A DNA stretch of 63,828 nucleotides, counting the filler, from Rozella allomycis CSF55 (Eukaryota), in assembly GCA_000442015.1 (NCBI GenBank). It is 9 parts of 9 records of this genome, joined end to end, with 100 filler letters (N's around TTAATTAATTAA, not from the genome) between each part and the next. Parts side by side here need not be neighbours in the genome. Positions count along the whole stretch, not along the records: positions 33,573 to 35,057 come from KE561310.1; positions 35,158 to 58,417 come from KE561313.1; 7 more parts are not named here. One strand, 5' to 3'. Each line of letters begins with the position of its first letter. Position 1 is the stretch's first letter. The position numbers and the translations under genes were made by a program. This document shows positions 34,997-50,038 of the stretch, one piece after another. The notes beneath the pieces were generated by a model. The model had not been told where the DNA came from. It saw only the letters and a program-made list of their open reading frames with translations, and made no database searches.

Positions 34997-35532
34997 AGGA
35001 ACTGTGCCACCATCGTTGAATACGAAGAGTATTTAGCTCTGAGACAATTTTATGGAANNNNNNNNNNNNNNNNNNNNNNNNNNNNNNNNNNNNNNNNNNN
35101 NTTAATTAATTAANNNNNNNNNNNNNNNNNNNNNNNNNNNNNNNNNNNNNNNNNNNNAATACCTCCCCGTCCAGTTAACGAGCACTGCGAGACTTGTCAT
35201 TTGAATAATCAAGTACAAAAACCAGTCCTATCCTTTTCTGCATTTATAAAGATGGAATGGATGCTGAACTGAATCATTTTATTTCAAGTAAAGTTGGTCA
35301 CTTCTCTCATTTGGAAACGGATTTCTGTCAATCCATTCGCATTGATCTCATGACTAGGCACTTCTAATTTTACGAGTAGAGCATACATATGATGTGCCAA
35401 TAAGATGAAATTAAAAAGGTAGGTATCATAAATAGATGGGCTTGGATATGTAATTAGACTTCATAAAAAGCCTATTAGCAAATTTAAACAAGCGGATCTA
35501 CATAAAGAAATTGATTAATTTATTGACTGCGA

Positions 35533-36051
35533 TCAAAATGAATATTTCGACTTTGTCTTGTAATATTTTGCAACACCTGCCATTGAAGCGAGTAACCCTA
35601 CTACTCCCAGTGTTCCGCCTATGACCATAAAGGCATCGATGCTATCATCATCTTCTTCTTCTTCTTCTGTAAATGTAGCTTGTTCTTTTCCATTTGCATC
35701 TGGAACATGGATATGTTGTCTTTCGGTATAAGTTTCTGCTGGGATAGTTGATTTCTTTTGAACGTTTTCTTGTGTAGCGGGGACATGAGCTTGTTGTACT
35801 GATTCGTCTGCAGTAACATCACCTTTTGCAGGATCTAGTTCATCAATTTTCTTTATAAGCTTCTTTATAATCTTTTTAGAGGCTTCTGCCAACTCCTCCA
35901 TCTCTTTGGCATCGGGTAGCTCAAACATTTTGTAATCAGAAGGTGTTATATCTTGAAAGTCTTTGTCGATATATGTGCCAGGAATGACAAATTCATTGTT
36001 GGCAATAACGTGACCAGATATTAAGAGGGCTACGACATATTTAAAGTTCAT
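35533..36051 (-). CDS. Orphan type I membrane/surface protein
   Basis: Signal peptide MNFKYVVALLISG, acidic stalk, C-terminal TM and basic tail. Confidence 0.6.
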   Translation of the reverse strand: MNFKYVVALLISGHVIANNEFVIPGTYIDKDFQDITPSDYKMFELPDAKEMEELAEASKKIIKKLIKKIDELDPAKGDVTADESVQQAHVPATQENVQKKSTIPAETYTERQHIHVPDANGKEQATFTEEEEEDDDSIDAFMVIGGTLGVVGLLASMAGVAKYYKTKSKYSF

Positions 36052-36106
36052 CGTTGGGATAGTGGTGGCGTAGTGCAGCATAGAAAAATAGAAATAAATC
36101 AATTTA

Positions 36107-38839
36107 TTAAGTTATACGACGAATAGTAGCAGTTTTCTTTTTGACTGAGCCAGATATTTGAATTTGAGAATCATCTTCCAATTCACGTAGAGCTTCATGG
36201 AGTGCTGCTTCGGTAATAGGCTAGTTAAATAAGAGGGAAATGATTACAATAGTAGATTGAGCTTGAAGATCAGATAGAAGCTGATCAAATTTAATTTGTT
36301 TTGAAGATAGATTTGATATGATAGCAGAGCGTAATTTTTCCAAGAGATCTCTAGAAGCTGAACTTCTTCCAGTGGTGATTAAATCCATGTCTATTCTTCC
36401 GGTTGAGGGATCAATAGCATAGTGAAGAAGAGCGTTTTTAACAAGACGAAGGGCTTCTTGGACATCTTCAACATCAACAGACAAGGACAACCTAGTTAGG
36501 AATGTGAGAATGAGATACCTTGCTTTTGCATGAGCTTCAGATAAACGAATGAGAGATTCTAATTGTCTTGTTGTGGCACTAACAGTTTTTCCAGACCCAT
36601 TAACTTTTCTCATAGAGACGTAAGATTCCACCAATAAATCAGAAGCGTCATCAGAAATTATTGGTTTGATGTTTTCTCTTGCATAGGAAATAAAAGTTGT
36701 TAATTTGTTTATTGGCTATTAATGATAAAAGGAAATATATTACGATTGTTCCTTTGGTGATATTGTTGTAATCTTTAGTGTATAAAGAGATTAAATGATG
36801 TGCCAATCTTCTGTCAGTTTCAGCAGAGGGATTATCTAGCAAGAGATAGATTAGATCAAAGCGAGAGAGAAGAGTTGGTGGGAGATTTAGATTTTCTACG
36901 ATTGATTTATTTGTGTTGTATTTAGAATCAACAGGGTTAGCAGAAGCTAGAACAGAAGTTCTTGCGTTGAGAGTAGCAATGATGCCTCTCTTAGCAATGG
37001 AAACAGTTTGTTGTTCCATCGCTTCATGTAAAATAGCTCTTGTTGAATCAGACATTTTATCAAATTCATCAATACAACAAATACCACCATCGCTCAAGAC
37101 TAGAGCACCACTTTCTAAAACAACTTGATTTGTTTCTGGATCTCTTGTAATGTAGGCAGTCAATCCAACAGCTGAAGATCCTTTGCCTGAAGTGTACATT
37201 CCTCTTGGTGCCAACTTGTGAACATATTGTAATAACTGTGATTTTGAAACACCAGGGTCACCAGCTAATAGAATATGAATATCACCCCTGAATCTTGAAT
37301 TTCCATTTCTTTGAAATAATTTTGAAGTTCCACCAAACAATTGAAGCAACAAACCTTTCTTTATATCTTCCAAACCCCAGATAGATGGAGCCAAAGATTC
37401 ACTTAATGTTTCATACAGATTTGGAATTTGTTTAATTTCATTTACTATTTCTTCAACTCTTTCTTTTTCTTGAATCATTTCTTCTTCGTGGATTGTTAAA
37501 TAATCACTAGTGGTCATTTCTTCTTGAATCAATTTCATTCTATTATTCAATCTCTTCTTTATATGCAACACATCCAAATATGTTCTAAAAATAGATTTCA
37601 TCGTCCTCATTCTCGGATTCACCCTCACCGGCGCTGATCTATACATCCCCGTTATCTCTATACGATCGCCAGGCCTCACAACATCCACCAAACTATCATA
37701 CACCATCAATGTAACTGTATGCGGTGTCTGCCCTTCTGGTATTTCATCTATTCTAAACTTCACACTATATCATTACCAGGGGTTTCTTGCAATCTAATAA
37801 TTTGTTTATCTGCAAAAATACATCTGTTATGAACAAGAATCATACTGTCTGGACTGTTACATCCATCATTGGGGCACTTAGATGGCTCACTTATAATACC
37901 CTTGTTAATCTCAACATTCATTCCAAATCCACACACACAACATTGAAAATATCCTATTATTATCTCTACTAATTTTTACCTTGACGCATATCTGGAATAA
38001 TCCCACTGCATCGGATAACAAGCCCTTTAACAGACACTAAATTATCAATATCATTGGGATCCAATTGTCTCATATTAGCAACCTTCTCCAAATTAAACGG
38101 TCTAACTTGAATAACACCTCCATTTTCTCCACTATCGTACATTCTGTCATACAATTCATTAGTCACCGTGTCCATAATCGCAATAATCTCTTGCGGAAAT
38201 GCAATCAATTGTTCATAAAGCTCACTTGTCTCTTCCCACTCTCTCAAATCATTCGTATCAAGCGACAAATGATATATCTCAGTTTCATGTATCTGTCGCA
38301 ACATCTGCACATACACACCTTCCCCTCCTGGAACCGCCTTGTATCCCACAAAAAATGACTTGAATGTATTATACACTTTATTATATTGTATATCAGTTCC
38401 CCATATAACTCTAACACCTTCAGGATGCTCTTCCTCCACCTGCATCGTTTCTCGCATTTCAGCATCTAATTGCTGTCTACGTGGCACTCTATTAGACATC
38501 ACACTCTCAAAACTATATATCCATCTTACTTGTTGTTTTCCTCACTTTGCATTTGAGGTAAAGAACTCACAAATCCGTCAGCCAAGTCTGGGCGTCGTGC
38601 TGAACTCGCTGGCTCCCTAGCTGACGACGATAATCCAGGATAAACTAGTGGAGACGAATTTCCATCCATCTTATCACTCACCATATTTGCTATTTTCTTT
38701 TAAGGGTGCACAGTTACCATCTGTATTCGCTCCTTCATTTTGGTTTTTACTGCTTGCAATGCTTGCTTCAGAAAATGGCATATTATCTATGTCATTTTTA
38801 TATCACAGTTTTACTTGTAGAAGGATCCGTATTAACCAT
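36107..38839 (-). CDS. MCM4: DNA replication licensing factor MCM4
   Basis: [42 protein letters not shown]; about seven 26-29 nt introns; start inferred. Confidence 0.95.
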
Positions 38840-38977
38840 TTCTCAAACCAGGGTCACTCTCTTCATTATAAAATGAAGCTGGCTTTTTCCATTGCATTAC
38901 ATACATAACTTAACACAAATGTATTACAAAAAGATATTATGCAACAGCACATACATTACTTATTTTATTTACATGAC

Positions 38978-39373
38978 CTATTTTTCTAATGCCTTTTGTA
39001 ACTGTATAGCATCTAGATTGCTGGTTGCAAGCTAATTCAATGAAATAGAATATAATTTACCATATCTAGCAATATGTCTATTTTAAATTTCAACATTTGA
39101 TTTTCTTCCAAAAGCTGTCGGTTAATTTCTTTAAGCTGTGATGCTTTCTTGGTAGCTGTATCGCCCTCTACAGACACTATTTTCAGCATCATTAAATTCA
39201 ATACCAAGATTCCAGCAGTTGTTTTCATAGGAGAGTTGATTGCCATCCAAATTCAAAGTAATCGGAACTCCAATATCTCCAAATTGTATATCCCGAATGT
39301 CCTTAATAGGCGATTTAACGAAACTGTCTGAAAATCTCCTTGTTCTTTCCTTTACTGTTTCCCATGTCGACAT
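38978..39373 (-). CDS. CBY1: Chibby (basal body/ciliogenesis)
   Basis: ITLNLDGNQLSYENNCW and LLEENQMLKFKIDILLDML; two introns. Confidence 0.8.
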
Positions 39374-39472
39374 TTATTCTTTGTTGTTGAAGGTGAAAAC
39401 ATAAACATTGAGATACAATGCAAAATTGATAAAATGAGCTCAAAATTGTTTATTACAAAGGCTTAAAGATGC

Positions 39473-39796
39473 TTAAAATCTTGAATTCCATATCCTATTT
39501 TCTGAATTAGAGTACTTCGATGGAGCAAACGTTCGTCTTTTTGCCGTTTCTTCCAGGCATTCTACTTCCTCAAATAAAATACCAAGCAACCTTTCTTTAA
39601 TGTATTGGGTAGCGTCAACAACATCTTTAATAGAATTATTGTTCTTTTTCTTGTTTTTGGATTTTGTTTGGACACTTACATTTTCTGGCAAACTTAGAGC
39701 AATCGCTAATTCAAGTTCATCTGATTCTTCATAAAGCGGTTTAGATTTTGAACAATTTAAATAATACTTGTCCTGAAATGCAAGGTCATCTTCCAT
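39473..39796 (-). CDS. Hypothetical protein with UIM-like ELELAIALSL motif (5' exons unresolved)
   Basis: ORF track and motif only. Confidence 0.4.
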   Translation of the reverse strand: MEDDLAFQDKYYLNCSKSKPLYEESDELELAIALSLPENVSVQTKSKNKKKNNNSIKDVVDATQYIKERLLGILFEEVECLEETAKRRTFAPSKYSNSENRIWNSRF

Positions 39797-40038
39797 TCTT
39801 AGGTATTCTGCCCCGAAAATAATTTTGAAAAATCACAGTCGCAGCAAATGTTGTTGTGATAATTAAAGTTGAGGTATTGTTGATAATGTGACTGGTAACC
39901 TTGTAATGGCATAGTCATCTGTCATCGTAATTAGTTTATGGGACAAATAAGGTACAAGTCGAAAGCAAATGACGAAAATCATTTTTATTTACATATACAT
40001 ACACACATTAGTATCTTGCTTGTTTCAATGTTTAATCA

Positions 40039-41379
40039 CTAAACATTATCTAATCGGGGAATCTTAGATTTGTATTGCTCCACCAAGTAACGCCATCGCG
40101 GCTTTCTGCATTGTGCATATCTTGAGCCTCCCTTCCTGATGTTTTGTATCCTGATAGATTTTGAACATTGCTTAAGGCCCCCATAAACGTTTGTTAACCA
40201 ATTATCAGAAAACCAGTCCTTTATCTCCACGGGGTAAAGCCATCCAAAGATTTCATAATGTTTTCTAGAAACCATAGCCTGTGTCAATAGTTTACAATTC
40301 CAGACAATATCGCATGGCCCCACAACCCCAAAATCCTCATTCAAAGAAAGAGAACGAGTGAATTTATCACTCCATCCTTCGTCAAGAAATTTAACGTCGT
40401 CATTCAATTGATAAAAATAATCACAACCCTCAGACATGGCCTTTATAAATAAGGAATTCCAAATATATGTCAACCATGCATTGGAATAGGGTAATTCCAA
40501 ATATCTTACCAAAATTCGCTGCCCGGGAAAATATTTTTCAATGTATTTGAGTACTTCAACGCGGTTCTTGTATTTTTTGAAAAAATTATCATTTCTATCA
40601 AAACCAATATACAACACATAACGGAAGTTTTCAAGATCATTGCTACTTATAGTAGAATTTAAGGTTGGAATCAAATATTTTATTAAAGGTAACGATCTGA
40701 TTGATCCTATACCCTTGCCAAGAACTGGAACACCCAACCCAATAGTAGTCTTGAATGATAAAGGGAGTTTAAAGTGATCGTAATTATCAAAATAGTATTT
40801 ATCAAACATTATGTTGCAATACATTTTATGGTATTTTGCCGATTTGGGGTCTAATTGTCGAAAGTACGTTCCGTTTTGAAGAATCTCTTTACTTTCAGTG
40901 AGATTTAGATACGAGAGATGTTTATGTTTTAATATCGAATCAAGATATTTGTATGACAATTTTGATGAAAAAACAGTACCGGCCTTGATTACTACTATGT
41001 TGCTGGTTTCTGTCAATTGATTGGATACTTTGATGAACTGACAATTCTTCCAGAGTAATATTTCTTGATATTCATCAGAGTCAGGTTTGAAAGAAGAAGT
41101 TCCAATAAATATTTTTGGCGGTATCGTTACTCCTCTCGAATAGAAATGAATTGACTAATTTCAAAATATCCATGTCATTACTCCAACTGTCTCTCTAAAC
41201 GATGTAATGTCGCAATCTTCGTGGCATTCTATGAGTATGCTTAATGGTGTTTGCTGGTTCTGCTGTTGATCGCTGGCAGATGAATGTGGAACTTTTAGAT
41301 TCGATAAGGCATATATTGTTAGAAATGTACAAATAAGGGTAACTGATCTTTTCCATGATAATGATTTGATTTTTTTCAT
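40039..41379 (-). CDS. Type II membrane GT-A fold glycosyltransferase
   Basis: N-terminal TM; a 27-nt intron joins the two ORFs in frame; LYIGFD, WNSL, DYFYQLNDDV, DWFSDNW. Confidence 0.75.
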
Positions 41380-41486
41380 ACTTGTTTACTGAAACAAAAT
41401 GTAAACACTAAACATTAAAGTTCAACTCAAAAGAAAAAGACTGGATTCTAAAAAAAATTGATTAAAGAATGAAAATGTTGAAATGT

Positions 41487-42211
41487 TTATTGGACATATT
41501 TGCTCATAAACTTTCTATGAAAATCGCTTCTTATTAGATCGTTTATAAATCTCTTTTTTGGTTTCTGGTCGCTTCCTCGGGCTTGATTTTTAAATATGAC
41601 ATCATCATACCACCTTTAGTCTTAAATTAGTTTTACCATTACTTTTTCTTCAATTTTCCCGTATCTTGATTCAAAAGTGGATTCCCAATCATCGCTCTAT
41701 TTGACTTTTCTCTTTCTTCTCTTTCTAATTCCTCCAATGCCAGCTTTCCTTGCTCTTTCTTCCTTTCTTCTTTGATTTTTTCTAATTCTTTTAACAATTC
41801 TGCGGTATCATCTTCCTCTTCAGCAGAAAAGTCACTATCGTCATCACTGGATTCGTCATCGTCTTTATCCAAATCGAGAATTTCAGGACTTATTTTCAGT
41901 TTTTTATTCGCGGATGTGACTTCAGTTTCTACAGATGAACTTTTGGTGTCTGGTTTTTCGTTTAATAGAAGTGCTTTTAAATCTCTGGCTTGTATTTCAG
42001 CTTTGGTATTTTGGCCTGGTTGTCTTTAATATAAAAATAAATATTTTGGTACCTTAACTTTAATTTTGTGTGAGCAGCCATATCTCTTGCACCAAATTGC
42101 CTTGTAGGAGGTAAACCTTTTTGATCTCTGATGCTATTTCCTCCAAGAGCGTTTGTCCAACTAAATTTAAAGCGAAGGAATATGATACGTTGGTTTATGA
42201 GCAGTTGTCAT
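41487..42211 (-). CDS. CWC15: Spliceosome-associated protein Cwc15
   Basis: [44 protein letters not shown]. Confidence 0.93.
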
Positions 42212-42290
42212 TTAGAGCAGTGTTTAAGCCACGAATTATTCCAATGATAAAATTTAAAAGGAAAAAAGGAAATTAATAGACGAATTATAT

Positions 42291-44916
42291 TTATTGATTA
42301 TAATAATTGTTGAAATCTAAACGAAAAGCCAAAAATTTTAATTCTGGAGAGCCATGGCAAGACAAATCATTCATGAACTGTTTCAGATTTTTCTAATTAA
42401 CAATGAAAGGAACTTCATTTACTTTGAAATTTTGAAGATTTTGTGCAAGATTTTGAAATAGTTTATTGTAGATGAGGGATTCTTGATTTTTAGCCTCTAA
42501 ATCTGCTCGTTCATCTTGTAGTGTTAAACCCCAAAGACCTTGAGAAGAGCGTTCAAATTGCAAGAGTTTTACTTGTTGTCTTCTGGAATGCATTTGATGC
42601 GCTAAATTTAAGAAAGAATGTTGAAGATTTATTTGTTCAAAGATGATAGAAAACAAGAGTGTTAAAGATTGATAATGAGACACCTAGAAGAAACAAGTAA
42701 GAAAGAATTACGTTTAAGAGGCATCCCTTTTCTATTGTAGATAAAAACATGTCGTGAGAAGTGATGAGTTTATCAATGTCGATTTCACGTTGAGAAATTT
42801 TGTCGAGAAAATCAATCCACGACAATTCAATGACTTCAAATTGAATGAAATATTGTAATTGATTTAAAAAATGATTCATTTCAGCCAAGAGAGTGTGAAT
42901 TTTGAGATTTTCAAAATCAATGTCATCTTTCAAGGCTGAATAGATGTGTTTATTAGACATGTGATCTTTATAAATGTTTATTAGATTGTGCTCTAATCTT
43001 TTAATTCTCCAGAGGAATTGAAACAAGCGAAGATATTTCTCCATTGCATTTAAATCTATTATTGTGTTTAAAGGGAAATTTATGTGAAAATCTAAAGAAA
43101 AAACATCCCATCCAGTATCCTGGTTAGAAATTGGCAACAGCCGAACATCCAATCTTTTAAGAATTTCTTCATGATCAAATTGAGCGTTTGAACTTCTGAT
43201 TGCTGTTTCTAAAATGCCTGTTAAATTATGACGAAATAGATTTTCAGCTGATTGATCAAGTCTATTAGAAAGAAGATCCAACATTGTTTGAACAAAATCA
43301 CCTTGCCCCAGCAACAAATATTTCTTCAATGCTTTGAAATTGTCAACTAGACGATATTTCTTCAACAAAATATTCTTCAATTCTTCACTCCTTTCATAAT
43401 GAAGTATTTCTATTTCTTCAGCCATTTCAGAATAAAATTCATCTTTATTATCTTTATTTTAATAGAAATTACAATCACAATTCAAAATATTTTTTTCTGA
43501 AATTTCATGATTCATTGCCCTCATAAAGTTTATTGATTTCCCAAGGCTAAATATTTTCTCTGCTGCATTTGTTGGTATAAAACATGGAAGATATTCTTTT
43601 CTAAAATAATATTTATTTCTCCAAATGTTATCGCTATTATCTTTGCATGCAACAAAAAACTCATCAAATGGATCTTCAACCACCCCTTCATTAATCCACA
43701 AATTTATCATTTTAAAAAATGGCTTGGTGGCTTCATTTATCAATCTTTCCATCAACGTTTTCACTGACACATCCCCATGAGTAGTAAAGTTATACAAAAC
43801 TGTCAACAAATCGCTCCCTTTCAAAACTTTTAATATTTTTAAAAATTTATTACGAGAACAAAGACGGCAAAGTGAAGACAAAAGTTTCAATTTGTAAATT
43901 TCCATTTGACTAGCAGAAATTATTCTCTTCAATGAAAATAAAGAATCGCTATTGAAATGACTCTCCAAAGTCGCAACAAACTTCAAATACGATTGAAGTT
44001 CTTCATTCAATGCAAATGCAAAACTCTTAAACATTAAAACGATTCCAGTTTACTTGATTCATCAATCCAACTGTGTTTCCTTTCTTACTTTGTTCAATGT
44101 ACTCGTTTATAATTTTATAATTCCATCCACTTTGAGCTAATTCCATCAACAATCGTCTTTCAGTATTTCTTAATGGTTTCTTCATTTTGTATTCATTTTG
44201 AACATTATCAAATCCTATAAACATCCCATCAATGCCCTGCATCAAAAATAACCCTTCTCTAACCAATTCACTTTCTTTATTAACTCTTTTCATCTTTATC
44301 TCTTTAAATTTCTCCCAGGCTTTTTCTTGTGATTCTATTTTCTTTTCAGGTATCGGTAATGATACCATTTCTGATTCCTTTAAAATGAATCCAACATTAT
44401 TATTTTACTTTAAAACTAGTTAATTCGAAGCTCTCTAGAAATGATGGACCTTCCTTTGCTCAAATTTTAATACCTAGCTTACTCCAACTTGAACAGGCTC
44501 AACACCACCTCTTTGAATCTGTAAAAATAAATACAGTATTTCCCATTTCTTATCATACTTGACTTTGTCGGCTAACTGTGCAATTCTAATCGCTCCATCC
44601 ATATGTTCTTGTTGTACCACTATTATATGTCATCTGTAAAGATTACTTTTTTTCTGAATAGCTTGGATCACAGAATTTTCATCTTTGACTACAGAAATTG
44701 CGAGTTTTGACGACAAAAGTTGCTGCAAATAAAAGACTAGCGGCTTCAGTCCTTCACTATCTTCTTTTACTTTCAGAAATTGAATCACAAGCTTTTCTAA
44801 CATCATATTCAACACATTTCTGCTGGGTGTTCTATCTTCATAGTTTGCCTTTGTTCCTAACATTCGCATACAATGTGGCTGGGAATCTTCAACCTCTCAA
44901 TCAAACTTACCACCAT
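42291..44916 (-). CDS. TUBGCP3: Gamma-tubulin complex component 3 (Spc98/GCP3)
   Basis: KKYLLLGQGDF, LFRHNLTGILETAIRSSNAQF, GWDVFSL, RLDFN; multiple short introns; start approximate. Confidence 0.9.
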
Positions 44917-45103
44917 TTTTATCTTTATTGTTTATATAGTAATGAATTTCATGTCTGTATCTTTTCGAACTAAAGATTTGCAAGTACACTCAAGTGTTAA
45001 TAAAAAGTTGGCATTATTCTTTTAGCGCTAACATTTTCATTATCCATAATTCATTTCCATAATTAAAGTATTTGATTGTTTCTTTATTTATATTTGTATA
45101 TCA

Positions 45104-46533
<1,430 letters not shown>

Positions 46534-46614
46534 ATAAAACAATACATCGCGTATTAAAAACTTTACTAGTTTTCTTGAAATTCTTTTAATATTTAACACA
46601 TTTTTCAATTCTTT

Positions 46615-47033
46615 TCAAGTCGAAAGATTCTCCATTGATTCAACGATATTCTTCTGAAGCGCAGTGGTCTTTGAAACAAAAACAAAGAACATTACTGTAC
46701 TTGAAAGTTCACTAATTGTAATATCCTTCTTTCCTATAGCGAACAATAGTAGATTTGGCAGTTTGACTTGGGTAGACACCAGAATCCATTCGTCCGATTC
46801 GATGATAATTAGATTTGTGCTATCATCTTGAGTAAACCAACAAGATAGTTGAGCAGAAATCATATCAATTGATACCAACTGACATTTTTCTGCCTTGATA
46901 ACAACAGAAGCGTTTTTGGTGCAAATAAGACTTTAAAGACAGAAAGAGAATAGGTTTACAAAATTTGGGGAATCTTTTCTGAGATAGCAGAGTTTAGGAT
47001 AGAATTTATCTTCTTTGAATTAAGCAGCTGCAT
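46615..47033 (-). CDS. Roadblock-fold protein, LAMTOR2-like
   Basis: Spliced MQLLNSKKINSILNSA...LIIIESDEWILVSTQVKLPNLLLFAIGK...ALQKNIVE follows the LAMTOR2 layout. Confidence 0.5.
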
Positions 47034-47076
47034 CCAACGGAGACGAATTTTACAATTTTGATTGCAAATTTACAAG

Positions 47077-47414
47077 ATGGTAAAACGAACAATCCCACCC
47101 ATTAATTTGGAGCATGCGCCAATGTGTAAAGATTTATATGATGATTATGTCAAATGCTTTCTTGAAAGTGGTATATTTGGTCGATTCTTGTCAGAGTGTA
47201 AGCATAAAAGGAATTTGGTGGAAAGATGTAGGGGTGAGCAAGTAATGATGGAATGTCATGTTAATTAATGTAGTTTGAAATAGCAAGAGAAAAGAATTTG
47301 AAGCTTGGATTAGCAAGGAAAGAGAAGATGGCTCGTTATCGAAAAGTGGAGAATGAATATTTACAAAAAGAAAATGAAAAGGACAAGTTATATAGGTATA
47401 AGAATAACCTTTAA
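47077..47414 (+). CDS. Twin CX9C COX assembly protein (Cmc2-like)
   Basis: C-x9-C...C-x9-C; one intron. Confidence 0.7.
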
Positions 47415-47521
47415 TAAAGTTCAACGTTGACTGTTGATGACAATACAGCAGTTTTTTCATAAAAAAAGAATTAATGACTGGAAATAACATTCATTCTTGA
47501 ATAATGAAATATAAAGTTTTA

Positions 47522-49957
47522 TTAGAAAGACCAATTTGCATCAACAGAAGTAGCCCATTTGAATTTATCCCTTAACCCTTTGTTGAACAATTTTTCGATT
47601 GGCACGCTATGCAATTTAGACCAAGCAAATGAAATTCTAGGATCAATGTAGTTAGTTTTAGATGTAGAGAGGGCAGTAGTTTTATTTTCATCCTAGAGTT
47701 AAAGTTATCATAAAGATTGTTACTCTATCAGTAAGAGCCAATTTCATATTTTCAATTCTGTTTTTTAACGTAAGAATCTTCTTCTCCAACCTTTCAGGAG
47801 AAAGTTTAGTTTTTTTTCGTGGCTCTTCTAGATCTTTCTTTTTTCTTTTTGGACTTGATTCTTCATCTGAGTTTGAATCTTTTTCCACATCTACTTTTTT
47901 ACTTTCTTGGGATTCAGATTTTGTTTGTTCCAATTTTATTTTCTTTTGTTCTATTTTCTTTAATTCCAATTCTTCTTTTTCAATCTTTTTTCTAGCAATG
48001 ACGTCATCATCTAGATCACTTTCCATTTCCGTAATTTCGGGTCTGTTTTTGAATGTTTTTTCTTCAACGAGATCTAATAATTCCAATCTTAAAAGATATT
48101 TTTCATATTTCAACATTAAGATCTGTAAACAATCAGATGAAATTTTACTTTTTCTTTCAATTTTGTCATTGATGTATCATGAGATTTTGGAATAGATCGT
48201 TGATGGTTACATAAAATGGCTACTTGTCTATTCGCTCTGTTATAAGCTAAAATTTTCTCTGCCACCGTCCCATCGCTTGGCGTGTTTTTTAATTCTTCTT
48301 GGAAAGTGAATGACGCATTGAAAGTACGAAAAACTTTAGCAGTTAACCCTGGCATTAAAGATGTTAAATATTTATTCAGAGAGGCAGTCTTTATCAAATT
48401 TAATCATAATAATTACCGTCAAAAGATTAAACAAAGGTTCGTCCTTCTTTTTTCCTTTCTTAAATTCTTTTAAATTTTTGTGAATTATTTTATCAACTTC
48501 GACTTGATTGTAATAACGAATTGAATCTTTCCCAAGGAAATCAAAAATGACTGTGTTATTTTCAGCTAATTCGATATGTTCGCATCGCAATGAACAACAA
48601 CCAACAGTATCCGCTTCATCTTCACCTTTTTCATTCCCAGCTCTAAGCGCAAGTTTATCAATCAACCATAACGCTGTCGCTCTTTGTCTAGTCAACAAAT
48701 CAGAATCACGCAATTCTTCAGTATTTTTCCTCCTTATGTCCAAAACATAATCCTTCAATTCTCTTGCTTTTTCAAATTTCTTAAAATCAGATTGTCCCTT
48801 CAGTGATGAGCCCGCGGCCAAGAAAACATACTTGGGCGTCATATTCACTGTATCTTCCCATGTGGCAAGCCATGTCACTTGGTTATTATGAATTATATCT
48901 CTCCAAGAGTGTCCAGCAGGAGGGTCAGGTATCTTGCATGTCTTTCCTATATTTATGGTGACATCTTCGGGTCGTATTCTTTTCTTTATACAGCCAGCCT
49001 TTGGATGTTTTCCTCGACCTCTGAAAAGTCCAGGAGGTTCAATCCGGAAATTTCCAACCTTCTCAATTCTACCGTCAATACTTGCTGTCATATACTTTTC
49101 TTCCATTTTTAATTTTTCTTGCTTTATTTTCTATCAATATAAATTATGTAATATACCTCCTTTTCTTCCTTTGTCATATTCTTTTTTTCATCTCGCAGCT
49201 TTTGAAAATATTCATACATTAATGTAAAGTCACATTTTTCAAGCTTTAATATCCTTTTTTTCTATCACTAAATAAATGCAGATTTACATTCTCTGATGTC
49301 AGCACAGATCTAAATCCATCAAAAAAGTTCTTATTGAAAATCGGATTCTTCACATAGTCTGTTTCCAGCATGTGAGCATAAAATCCTGCTATTTCCTCTT
49401 CTTCAGCATTTAGTTTGACCATCTCACCTAAAATCATATTCATAAATTGTCGTTACCATCATACTTTAATGGAACCCCATGTGGTTCATACTCTGGAGGA
49501 AACAAGACACCTGAATGTTCAAGCGTTGTCCATTTAATGGAATCGTCAAAATCTCCTTCCCACCACTTATATTCATTGTTTTCTCCGCCGTTATCATTTT
49601 CACTTTGTTCTCCTTTGTCCTCTTTTGTCTTTGCATTTGTAGATTCATTTTTATTGTTCATCTTATTCTTCGTCAATGAACTCAAGGGAATATCATCATC
49701 ACTTTCTACCGAGTTTTTAGTTTTCGCTTTGGGTTTCTTTGTTTCCTTAATATTCGCTTTCTTTCTTGGAGTGCTCTACAAAAACAAAATTTCTTAATGC
49801 TTTACCCTTCGTCGCCTAATCGTAAAATCTTCATCGCTGTCGACTCCTTTAGATTTGCGTCTTTTAATAATTTTAGACTATTGAAAACAAATTTGAAGAT
49901 TACTAAAGGAATGTCTTCTTCACTGGAATCAACAGACGGCGTGTCTTTTGTTGACAT
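47522..49957 (-). CDS. TOP1: DNA topoisomerase I (type IB)
   Basis: [35 protein letters not shown] active-site Tyr. Confidence 0.97.
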
Positions 49958-50038
49958 TGAAAAGAGGTGGCGAAGTCAAAGAAAACCTATTCCTGTTTTA
50001 TATAAAAATAGCGACGCCAATTACAAAATAAATTTGGT

